Positions 22,247 to 31,310 of a DNA stretch of 64,000 nt are shown piece after piece; positions within the stretch are counted from its first letter, which is position 1, and each line of letters begins with the position of its first letter. This DNA comes from a bacterium (GTDB lineage: Bacteria; Hinthialibacterota; Hinthialibacteria; Hinthialibacterales; Hinthialibacteraceae): contig CAXXMV010000002.1 in NCBI GenBank assembly GCA_963662285.2, forward strand, positions 736,001 to 800,000, written 5' to 3'. The position numbers and the translations under genes are program-made. Below the pieces are notes generated by a model. It made no database searches, was not told the origin of the DNA, and saw nothing but the letters and a program-made list of their open reading frames with translations.

Positions 22247-24004
22247 GGCTTGCTGAAAAACGTTTTCAACTACCGAAGATTATAATCTTCGGTAGTGACT
22301 CAGGGCGATGTACGAACGGGATCACTGCCGAATGAACTTTGATTGCTGAAAAAATTGATCCAGCGTCTCCATTTTGATTTGATAAGCGTTTGAAGCGCCT
22401 CTTGTATTACCTCAATCCACAAATCGATAAACAAAAAGAACCGATTTAAATTACCCAGTCGTGAAATCTTATGCAGATTCATTACGAACAGGTTCAATCC
22501 GATAACCGTCAGTGAGGTTTCTGCCAGTTTAGCCATGATTCTCGCCAAGCCGAAGCGACGTTTTCCCTCTCCAAATTTTCCTTCAATGGCAACACGATCT
22601 ATTTCATCTTGCCGGGCGAGTTGCTTTTGTTCCCGGCGAATGATTTTATCTTTGACGGGACGTCCCATCGCTGGGCCGGATATTCTAATACCATATTTTT
22701 TGCAATAATCCCTATTACTTTTGTTCCGGTAAATTTGATCTACATGAACCGATTCAGGAAAGAAACCAAAATGGTGGCGAAAGTTTTTTATCGTTTGAAT
22801 CAAATCTGTTGACTCGTTGAAATTGTTCCAATCAATTCTTTCCATAAACGCGAATCCATTGACCAGACTGAGATTTAGTTTTGCGCCAAACTCCGTCTCG
22901 GCATTGGCTTTGCCGCGTTTAATGGGACGCACATACGGAAACCAAATACTGACAATCCTGTCAGCAATACGCTTTTGTTTCGAGTCATACATGATTTTTT
23001 GTTGTCGATATAATTCGCTGATCACCAACAGCGCCCGATAGAGGTTCCGTTTCAAAACACCTAGGGAAACAGTCTGCGAGAGAGTTTTTATATGCGCCAG
23101 ATTTCTATTCACATAACCCAATTGTTTACGAATGGCTCGACGAATTACTTTGTATGGATTTCTTTTTTTCTTGGAGATAGCAAGATATTCTTTACGTGCA
23201 TTTTCACGATAGGTACGTGGTTTCTTGCTGCCGTCCGGGCGTTCCTGATGGAGCCGATCAATTATCGCTTCCGTTTTTTCACGCGCTTCGTTGAGTAAAT
23301 TCAAATCGGTGGGGTAACGAATATCGGCTGGAGTGCAAGTCGCATCGATCAATAACTTGCCCCGGTTCTCAACCTCGAAAGTTTCATTGCCATCCTTATT
23401 GGACGTCGATTCATCTGATAACTTCATGGAATCTTTTGGAACGTCATCATCTTCATCTGATGATTTATCATCTTTGGGTTTCGCCGCCGCCAAGGTCATC
23501 GCTTCGTTAATTTTATTCATCGATTCGACGGGAAAACGTTTGCGGAAATGAACCATCATGGAAGCATCAAAAGGTTCTCCGGTTTGAAAACCGTCCAATC
23601 CGATAAAAAACTGGAGATAAGGATTTTCACGGATCTGTTCGACAGTTTCACGATCTGATGCTTTGAGTTCTTCTTTGATAACCAAAGAGCCAAATGCCAT
23701 TCGGGCGGTCAGAGCCGGACAACCAGTCGTCGAGCCGCTTAACTTATTTTTGTATTCACGCTCAACCACCTCCCAGGGAATCATGGCCGCTTTTTTCACC
23801 CAGCGATTATCGGGATCAAGATAACCGCCAAAGGGCAAACCAAATTCGGGAAACATCGGAGTAAAAGAGTCGTTTTTATACATCTTTATCCACTCTCAAG
23901 TGCAAAGGTTTTAAGGGTTTTATGTAATTCCCCTTGCAGGATTCATAGAATGAGTGTAGCATAAACTATTCATTTGTCAAGACTTCCATCTAAAACAGCA
24001 AGCC
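22247..24004 (-). mobile_element. IS5-family insertion sequence, 1758 bp, with 9-bp TSD
   Basis: Terminal IRs GGCTTGCTG (22247) / CAGCAAGCC (24004); direct repeat CTAAGGTAG at 22238-22246 and 24005-24013. Confidence 0.92.
22300..23883 (-). CDS. IS5-family transposase
   Basis: LDPDNRWVK...IPW, ENPYLQFFIG, LIDATCTPADIRYPTD, RVAIEGKFGEGKRRFGL. Confidence 0.92.
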   Translation of the reverse strand: MYKNDSFTPMFPEFGLPFGGYLDPDNRWVKKAAMIPWEVVEREYKNKLSGSTTGCPALTARMAFGSLVIKEELKASDRETVEQIRENPYLQFFIGLDGFQTGEPFDASMMVHFRKRFPVESMNKINEAMTLAAAKPKDDKSSDEDDDVPKDSMKLSDESTSNKDGNETFEVENRGKLLIDATCTPADIRYPTDLNLLNEAREKTEAIIDRLHQERPDGSKKPRTYRENARKEYLAISKKKRNPYKVIRRAIRKQLGYVNRNLAHIKTLSQTVSLGVLKRNLYRALLVISELYRQQKIMYDSKQKRIADRIVSIWFPYVRPIKRGKANAETEFGAKLNLSLVNGFAFMERIDWNNFNESTDLIQTIKNFRHHFGFFPESVHVDQIYRNKSNRDYCKKYGIRISGPAMGRPVKDKIIRREQKQLARQDEIDRVAIEGKFGEGKRRFGLARIMAKLAETSLTVIGLNLFVMNLHKISRLGNLNRFFLFIDLWIEVIQEALQTLIKSKWRRWINFFSNQSSFGSDPVRTSP

Positions 24005-24056
24005 CTAAGGTAGGTTATCTCGAAGCCGACAATAGGTAGAAGAGGTGATCTAAATA

Positions 24057-24401
24057 GTGAAAATGCGGAAAAATTTTGATGGAACGTTCAAGGGCAAAGT
24101 AGCGCTGGAGGCAATCAAAAGAGAAAAGACCTTAACCCAGATAGCGAGCGACTACCAAGTTCATGTTAGTCAGATTCGACAGTGGAAAAAACGCCTGTTG
24201 GAAGAGATTCCAGGCTTGTTTTCGCGCAAGCAGGAAAAGAATCAAGCGGAAGCCGAAGAACTGACGGCTGAACTTTACCGTCAGTTCGGGCAAATGAAAG
24301 TGGAACTGGACTGGGTAAAAAAAAGTCAAACCTACTCGGTTGAGCAAAGAAGAAACTCGATCGAACAAGATCATCCTGATATTTCAATAGATACGTCATA
24401 A
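24057..24401 (+). pseudogene. IS3 OrfA (HTH) running into the first residues of OrfB, then truncated
   Basis: FKGKVALEAI...QIRQWKK...LYRQFGQMKVELDWVKK. Confidence 0.85.
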
Positions 24402-24619
24402 GCATACTAAAATATTCCACAAAAACAACAACCTATACTTAAAAACTAGCCATTTTTCTTTGGTGCAATTCTGAAGATTCATAGGCTCGTGAAAATCGGT
24501 GTTGAAGAACTATAATAGATTGCGTAATATAATTGACGAAATGACTATTCACAACATGAACCTCTTGAAAGAAAATATCGGTGAGGATTTCCCCTAAGAA
24601 TTTATAACCATCGTGTGAA

Positions 24620-27496
24620 TTATTTAAACCCTATATAAAATAATTTAGCTGATACTTTTCGCATATCGTTGCCAGGCAATGATTGATACTTTGTGTTGTG
24701 AATATTTACTTTAATTTTACCAATTTGTTCGATTTCCTCATTAATAATAAAATCACCGACTCCAATTTCCTTTCTTATTATTGTATTTTCGCCAATTGAT
24801 ACTATTATAACATTCTCAATATTTTTATCATTGATATATGGGATAGTTCCTTTTATGATTAGTTTCGATTTTATATCACTCTTTTCTAAAACAAAATAAG
24901 AATCTTCAGAAATCCAGCCATCCTCATAGCAACCAGAATATTCTAAATTTTCGTTTTTTAATTCATTCCTAAAATTCTCAATTCCATTTGGCAATTTTAG
25001 ATTGTTATATTCATCATCCGATATAATAGATATATTTCTGGCAAAACAAACCAATTTACGATAATCTATTGGAATATCAGTTCCAAACATTTTCATTAAT
25101 CCCTTTCTTTCAGAAGGGAAAGATGTTGGATCTACTCCCATATCTATTTCGATATAATATCTATCGTTAATTTTCTTTGGTTTAAAAATTGGTGAAAATA
25201 ATCTTGCAGATCCTCTTCCTATACTATCATAATAATAAATTTCATCAGACAATAATTTAATTGGAGGAATTATGTTTTCTCCATCACTTTTTAATGTCGA
25301 AGTAATATCAATTAGCATTCTACTATTATCTTTATAATTAACTATTTGAAGTAATAGATATCTTCCTACTCCAGACATAGTACAATTTTCATATAACCAA
25401 TCTGGCTCTAAACTCGTGAATGCAACAGTATCAGAATTTTTAACACCTGAATAACGTCCCTTTTCAGATTCTATAAAAATTATCTCATTAGAACAGTCTA
25501 TTTCATTCTTTGATATGAAAAAATGATCTATATCATTTTTATATTTTGTTCTATTAAAAATAGATAAAATGGGAGATGAGAAAATATAGATATTATTTAT
25601 TTCATTACAAATATATCTTTTATCATACCAAAATTTATTATATATTGTATTGTCCACTGTTGTATTATATTCAACATGTTCGTATCTTTCCTCAATTTTA
25701 TTTTTTAATACATTTAAAACATTTTGTATTTTTCGTTTATTCTCATCATTTCTAATTGTTGATATACTCGGTATTATCCATTTATCTAATCTGGGTAAAC
25801 TCGTTCTATCACAAAAAAATAAATTAGGCTTCTCATATAAATAAGCATATTGAAATTTCTTAACTGATGTGTTAAAGGTATCTAAATAAAAAAAACTATT
25901 AGATGGATATAAACTTAGAATATTTTGAAATTCAACATTTATTTTTTTGCTAGATGCATATGGAATTAAAACTAATTTGCCTTTGCTATGTTCTAAATCC
26001 CCATAACTAATATTTACTAACTTATTAGATGAATTTACATTTAATATGAACAAAAGAATTAATAGAATATAATTAAATTTATTTTTCTTGGATGATACTA
26101 ACAAACCAATAATAAATGGTTGTATAAACATTGCAATTTTAAATAATCCAAAATCGCTTTGTTTAATAAATAGGAATACTCCAATCATCAACATTAGAAA
26201 AGACATGATGGCAAAAAAATTTATTTTTTTTATTTGTGTAATCGCAATAATGATACAATAACTATATAAAAACATACCCAGGATTATTTCGATTGATAAT
26301 ATCGGTTCAATTGGATACGTATCAACAAATGTTAGTAAACCCCAAAAATATGTAAAACCTATTGGTAATAAGTAATATGGGAACAATATCACTCTCTGCA
26401 AATCCTCAACAGATGTGGTACCTATGAGAAAATTGACTATTATATTTATAATAGAATTATAAATATAAGATTGCAGAAATATAAAAATTAATAGAAAGAA
26501 GATAGATATGTATAGTATTACTAATTTTGATGAAAATGCATAATTCTTCTCAGTTTCAATCATTCTACAAAAAAGGTATATTAATAAATAGAATATTATA
26601 AACGGAAAAATTTCTGAATATGATATTAATAAAGATGCCAAAATCGTTGCATTTATTAATAATAATCCTATATGTCTTTTTTTACTCTCTTTCATTATAG
26701 AAATAAATAATAGATCAATGAATAATATGGAAGCAATTAATAATCCAATCCCGCAAACTTGTGCAAGCAATTGGCTAATGACTCCCAACAAATTGTTTGA
26801 CATAATTGCTAATATCGAAATTAGTATATAAGAATCCGTAGCTTTTCTCGTCATATAATAGATTAAAGAACCTGAGGAAAACAATATAACAGAATTCAGG
26901 AAAACCATTAATGGCATAAAAATATTATGAAATGATAATCCAGTGCAACTTTTTATTAAAGCTAGTATAATAGGACCACCTGGTCTACTCGGTAATATTA
27001 CAAAAGAAAACCAACTAGTACAGCTATAATCTGTATTAGAGATAATCGACGATATATTTGGAATTTCAAAATAACTTCTCTTGAATAAACCATCCGCTAA
27101 TAAAACATATTCCCCCATATCACTATTAGAAATACTTAACCAATCAAAGCCATATTTAAACATTGGCCTTGAGACAAATAACATAGAAAACATCAGTAAT
27201 AAAAAAAGTAAATTAACATTAATATCCCTATAAAAAAATATTTCTATTTTACGATAATATATTGCAGTTAGCATCAATATTATGCTTACAATAAAAAAAA
27301 CCAAACCAAACTTTTCTACAGAAAAGCCTACCCGACTCAACCAAAAACAAATTAAAATTACCAGAGATAATCCAACAGCGGGAGATAGCATTACAACCAA
27401 AAAATTGTCTAATCTTATATTGCATATTTTTAAAAATATATATCCTATATAAAAAAAATAAAAAAATAAAAAAATTGTCAAAATAAAGGGATACAT
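24620..27496 (-). CDS. Large multi-TM protein, GT-C-like, with extracytoplasmic C-terminal domains
   Basis: About 13 hydrophobic segments in the first ~490 aa; SNSDMGEY in the first large loop; soluble C-terminus ending in a DGW...DMRKV module. Confidence 0.6.
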   Translation of the reverse strand: MYPFILTIFLFFYFFYIGYIFLKICNIRLDNFLVVMLSPAVGLSLVILICFWLSRVGFSVEKFGLVFFIVSIILMLTAIYYRKIEIFFYRDINVNLLFLLLMFSMLFVSRPMFKYGFDWLSISNSDMGEYVLLADGLFKRSYFEIPNISSIISNTDYSCTSWFSFVILPSRPGGPIILALIKSCTGLSFHNIFMPLMVFLNSVILFSSGSLIYYMTRKATDSYILISILAIMSNNLLGVISQLLAQVCGIGLLIASILFIDLLFISIMKESKKRHIGLLLINATILASLLISYSEIFPFIIFYLLIYLFCRMIETEKNYAFSSKLVILYISIFFLLIFIFLQSYIYNSIINIIVNFLIGTTSVEDLQRVILFPYYLLPIGFTYFWGLLTFVDTYPIEPILSIEIILGMFLYSYCIIIAITQIKKINFFAIMSFLMLMIGVFLFIKQSDFGLFKIAMFIQPFIIGLLVSSKKNKFNYILLILLFILNVNSSNKLVNISYGDLEHSKGKLVLIPYASSKKINVEFQNILSLYPSNSFFYLDTFNTSVKKFQYAYLYEKPNLFFCDRTSLPRLDKWIIPSISTIRNDENKRKIQNVLNVLKNKIEERYEHVEYNTTVDNTIYNKFWYDKRYICNEINNIYIFSSPILSIFNRTKYKNDIDHFFISKNEIDCSNEIIFIESEKGRYSGVKNSDTVAFTSLEPDWLYENCTMSGVGRYLLLQIVNYKDNSRMLIDITSTLKSDGENIIPPIKLLSDEIYYYDSIGRGSARLFSPIFKPKKINDRYYIEIDMGVDPTSFPSERKGLMKMFGTDIPIDYRKLVCFARNISIISDDEYNNLKLPNGIENFRNELKNENLEYSGCYEDGWISEDSYFVLEKSDIKSKLIIKGTIPYINDKNIENVIIVSIGENTIIRKEIGVGDFIINEEIEQIGKIKVNIHNTKYQSLPGNDMRKVSAKLFYIGFK

Positions 27497-27517
27497 AATA
27501 AAATTACCAATTTAAGG

Positions 27518-28042
27518 TTATCTCTCAAATTCACTAAATTTTCCAGATACAATTCTTTTTGTACAATAAAATAAATTTATTATCATTAAAAATTTCACTT
27601 TATTAATGTATATATTTCCTTCTCTTTTTCTAATATAATCGACATCAAATAATCTTTTAATTCTATTTAATAAAAACATTTTATTAGAAACATGGTCTAA
27701 AAAAATATTAATATCAATTCCCTTACAATGTTTATTAATTTCTCTTAATATTTGAATACGAATAGAACTTATCGTTGAATTTATATAAACAAAAATGTAA
27801 AAATAGCTTAAAATAATATAAGAGGTAATTCCGATAAGATTATAACATACGATATCAATAGTATCAAAATTGTTATTATTGAGATTAAGACAGAAAATTA
27901 AAATCATAAATAATAAACATGTTAAAAAACTAATTAAAGTAGATTTGGTGAGTGATAATTTTTCAAACAAAATAAATATTGAAATCTGAAATATTGCTTC
28001 AATTATCATAAAGAACAATGGCAAAATCATATATATATACAT
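27518..28042 (-). CDS. Membrane protein with C-terminal winged-helix-like region
   Basis: Three TM segments then SSIRIQILREI...NRIKRL...YIRKREGNIYI; start MYIYM chosen; paralog of the upstream gene. Confidence 0.55.
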   Translation of the reverse strand: MYIYMILPLFFMIIEAIFQISIFILFEKLSLTKSTLISFLTCLLFMILIFCLNLNNNNFDTIDIVCYNLIGITSYIILSYFYIFVYINSTISSIRIQILREINKHCKGIDINIFLDHVSNKMFLLNRIKRLFDVDYIRKREGNIYINKVKFLMIINLFYCTKRIVSGKFSEFER

Positions 28043-28049
28043 AATAATA

Positions 28050-28577
28050 TTATACAACCTTTTTAGATAATAAGATGTAACGATAAGAGTCAAGATAAAA
28101 TAATGCCCTTTTACCCCTTTGAGTAATATAAATGTTTTCTTCCTCTTTTTTAATAAAACCATCGCGAATCAAAGATTTTAATCTCGAATCGATAAATGGA
28201 TGTTCTTCGATAAATTTATTTAAATCTTCCTCGTTTATTCCTAAATCTGAATAATTAGAAATAAACCGTAATATGCTTAATGAAGGGCTATCAAATTCAA
28301 ATGCTGTATAAATAGACACATAAAAAAGTACTAATAAGAAATACATAAAAAATAGATAAACATATTGATAAAAAAAGGAAGGAAACAATGAAAAATTATA
28401 ATTAAAATATATCTTCAAAAATTCAATACCTGAAATAAAAAATATAAATATAAAAACATATATGGAGAATATTGACCTTGTATGGTAATTTGGTTTAGTA
28501 ATACGAACAAATAAAATTGATATAACGAAACCCACAAAAAATAATGAAAAACTCAAAACTAGAGGAATCATGATCAT
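28050..28577 (-). CDS. Membrane protein with C-terminal winged-helix-like region
   Basis: Three TM segments then SPSLSILRFI...SRLKSLIRDGFIKKEEENIYITQRGK. Confidence 0.6.
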   Translation of the reverse strand: MIMIPLVLSFSLFFVGFVISILFVRITKPNYHTRSIFSIYVFIFIFFISGIEFLKIYFNYNFSLFPSFFYQYVYLFFMYFLLVLFYVSIYTAFEFDSPSLSILRFISNYSDLGINEEDLNKFIEEHPFIDSRLKSLIRDGFIKKEEENIYITQRGKRALFYLDSYRYILLSKKVV

Positions 28578-28679
28578 ACCCCAATTTAAGATAAAGCGGC
28601 AAAAAACATGAAATAACACCGATAACCACAATATTCAGAAGGCATATCAAAGGCATCTAAAAAAGATAAAGTGTTATTA

Positions 28680-29906
28680 CTACTTTTCGCCTATGCGCAA
28701 TTTAACATTTTTTCTAGCAAAAAATCTATGTGTAATTCTTTTTCTTTTCATATAAATTGCTTGTGACAACAATTTATATTTACAAAAAATTTTTTCAATC
28801 GGAGTCCGTTTAAAAAAAACAAATCCAACAACCGGCAATATATTAACAAATAACACAGTATATATTTTTTTAAAAAAGGTCATATAAGAAATAATATACT
28901 TGAAAAATATGGAATTTATTATATTCGGATGAATTTTATCAGATTTGTTCTCACATCTTTCAGAAAATGTCTGGGGGAAATATTTATTCCTATTAATTTT
29001 TGTTGACATTGATAAATCATTTAAAAAATTCAAATAATTAATATCGTTATTATATGATCTATCTTCAAAAATACTATTTCTTACATTTAAACATTCAAAA
29101 CCATATTCATATTGCTTAAGAATTAGAGACATATAACTAAGTTTAGATAATTTTGAATACAATAAATCACTATTGGAATTACTAAAAAGGATTGTTTTTA
29201 CATTATCAATTTTCCTTAAAAATAATGCATCAGCTGCAACATTAAATCCGTCACCCCTCATTCCAATAGCATAACGGTAGGGTGATAAATCTTCATGCAT
29301 CTTCATGAATTTTACAAAATGAAAGCCTTTACTATCTAAGTACTGATAGATATCACTGAATAACTTTTGATTTTGATAAATTGGATGAAACTCAACTTCG
29401 ATAATTAATCCTAGAATGTTAGAATCCAAAAGATGATCTGCTCCACTTAAAATATCATATTCGGCTCCTTGAACATCTAATGAAAGAAAATCAGGAGGAG
29501 GAATAGATAGTTTTGTATCAGAATATAACTTATCCAAATTTATTAATTCTAAATCACGTTGTTCTTCAACACATATTGATTCGGATAAAATATAATCATG
29601 ATTAAAATAAAACACATACGAATCTTTATACTCAGGATTAAATTTATAAAGAGAACTAGTGAAACGATCTTTATTGATGTAAAAAATCGCTTTTTTTTCC
29701 GAATCCCCGATGCAATACGGTAAAATATGTAAGTCAGTATTACTGTGTTTATGATATTCCTTTATTTGCTCGATACAGTCGATATCAGCTTCATAAATTA
29801 CATTAACAGTATCCCTTTCAAACGATTTTGGAATTGGAAATCCTTGTGTACCTAGTCTTCCACCGATATGGTGGATCGAAACATGGTTATCAACAATATT
29901 ATCCAT
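28680..29906 (-). CDS. FkbM-family methyltransferase
   Basis: HIGGRLG, YEAD, DFLSLDVQGAEYDIL, IEVEF.PIYQNQ.LF. Confidence 0.85.
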   Translation of the reverse strand: MDNIVDNHVSIHHIGGRLGTQGFPIPKSFERDTVNVIYEADIDCIEQIKEYHKHSNTDLHILPYCIGDSEKKAIFYINKDRFTSSLYKFNPEYKDSYVFYFNHDYILSESICVEEQRDLELINLDKLYSDTKLSIPPPDFLSLDVQGAEYDILSGADHLLDSNILGLIIEVEFHPIYQNQKLFSDIYQYLDSKGFHFVKFMKMHEDLSPYRYAIGMRGDGFNVAADALFLRKIDNVKTILFSNSNSDLLYSKLSKLSYMSLILKQYEYGFECLNVRNSIFEDRSYNNDINYLNFLNDLSMSTKINRNKYFPQTFSERCENKSDKIHPNIINSIFFKYIISYMTFFKKIYTVLFVNILPVVGFVFFKRTPIEKIFCKYKLLSQAIYMKRKRITHRFFARKNVKLRIGEK

Positions 29907-30138
29907 ATAAAACCTTCTTAAGAATTTCCTATTCTTAATATATTAAAATTTGTAAAACTACCTTATTTTATTTCTATTACTTCAGCATTTTGATAAATCA
30001 GTAAAGGATATATTTGAAACAAAATCACGAAATGAATTTGTTCAAAATGTATACGAAATAGTTGGCTCATACTAACAACCAGCAAAACACAAAACACTAT
30101 ACATAGAGAATAGCAAGAATAATAATATCTTGAATATT

Positions 30139-31296
30139 CTATATTTTGAATAAAACTTCATCTAAATCATACGCCCAAAGCCCCCATGAGTGAGAATTGA
30201 AACGTAAAATTTTTTTAGTTTGCCGCATCTCACATGACAATAATTCAATCTGATCATTTCTAACAGCCTTAATCCCTGTTTGAGATTCTAAATCAGATAA
30301 ATATCCATTCCATTCTGCTTCAGGGCTCCAACCGTACTCATGATGTTGGTGATATAACTGAAATGGACTCAATAATACCTTCTCTTTCATATCAAGAAAA
30401 TGAGCCTGAATGCAACTCAATGAATCAATGTTTATGGGCCATGTTTCAATCTCAGGGTATCCCTTAAGTGCAAACCATTTTTTTTTCGCCATGAGTGTGA
30501 AATCTCCGGATGCGCCCATGTGCAACCAGGGAATGGTAGGCGTGATAATATGCTGAATCGCATTTCGAATCAATTGCACTTTATTTACGGATTTAATATT
30601 TTCTATCAATGCCGCCTTATCTTTTTCCTTAATCCAATGAGGCTTTTTTCGAGTGCCAAAAAGAAAACTTAGGAAAGAAAAAGCCTTGCCTACTATCGGA
30701 CATTTTTCCCAGAGATACAGCCTTATCATAGGCAATTGATCTGATAAGTAAACCCCTTCCCGCGTGAAGATTTGCAGAATATTTTCTCTGCAATATTGAA
30801 GGATTTCTTCTAACTTTAGGTTATCTGGAATAGCATTTCCCAGATCGCTTCGATCAATTCTATAAAAGGTATCATCTTTCAGAGAGTTGAGTGCAAGAAA
30901 TCGAAATAATTCGTCGGAGAATAATATATCTACATTCGTCGCAAGGATGAATGGAGACCTTGCTCTACGAATTCCAACGTTTTTGGCTATGAATTGAAAA
31001 AATTGGATCGTATCGGAGTGTTTAAACTGGGAATGAATCTCCTGACTAACTGTAATGATCCTAACGCTAACGAATCTTTTTGATTCCGGCCAGGAAATAG
31101 ATTCATAAAGTGAAGGATAATCAGGCAACGGATTCCATTCCACTAAAATTATTTCAATTGGAAATTGATACTGAGATGCTTGGTAAGAAAGCATTTTGAA
31201 AAATAGGGAGATTCTTTCCAAAAAACCTTTGCCGTGGTCATCATTTCTTGCAGCCACGACAATACTTAATTTTGTTTCCCCTTGGAATTCTGACAT
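30139..31296 (-). CDS. GT2-like (GT-A fold) glycosyltransferase
   Basis: LSIVVAARNDD, EIILVEWN, NVGIRRARSPFILATNVDI, GYPE, YHQHH. Confidence 0.7.
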   Translation of the reverse strand: MSEFQGETKLSIVVAARNDDHGKGFLERISLFFKMLSYQASQYQFPIEIILVEWNPLPDYPSLYESISWPESKRFVSVRIITVSQEIHSQFKHSDTIQFFQFIAKNVGIRRARSPFILATNVDILFSDELFRFLALNSLKDDTFYRIDRSDLGNAIPDNLKLEEILQYCRENILQIFTREGVYLSDQLPMIRLYLWEKCPIVGKAFSFLSFLFGTRKKPHWIKEKDKAALIENIKSVNKVQLIRNAIQHIITPTIPWLHMGASGDFTLMAKKKWFALKGYPEIETWPINIDSLSCIQAHFLDMKEKVLLSPFQLYHQHHEYGWSPEAEWNGYLSDLESQTGIKAVRNDQIELLSCEMRQTKKILRFNSHSWGLWAYDLDEVLFKI

Positions 31297-31310
31297 ATTC
31301 TTCCCAATCC

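Larger units (their letters stand above)
22208..24401 (+). mobile_element. Truncated IS3-family element (IRL + orfA) interrupted by an IS5-family element
   Basis: IRL-like TATACTGTACACCAAAATTCGGACAG at 22208-22233 (19/26 to the IRL at 1271-1296); orfA at 24057-24401 with A8G slippery run at 24317-24325; orfB lost after DHPDISI. Confidence 0.75.

Noticed and set aside
704-24401. Composite transposon formed by the two IS3 fragments around the sugar genes
   Set aside because: The left element has both of its own IRs, the IRLs differ (19/26), and no flanking TSD was seen
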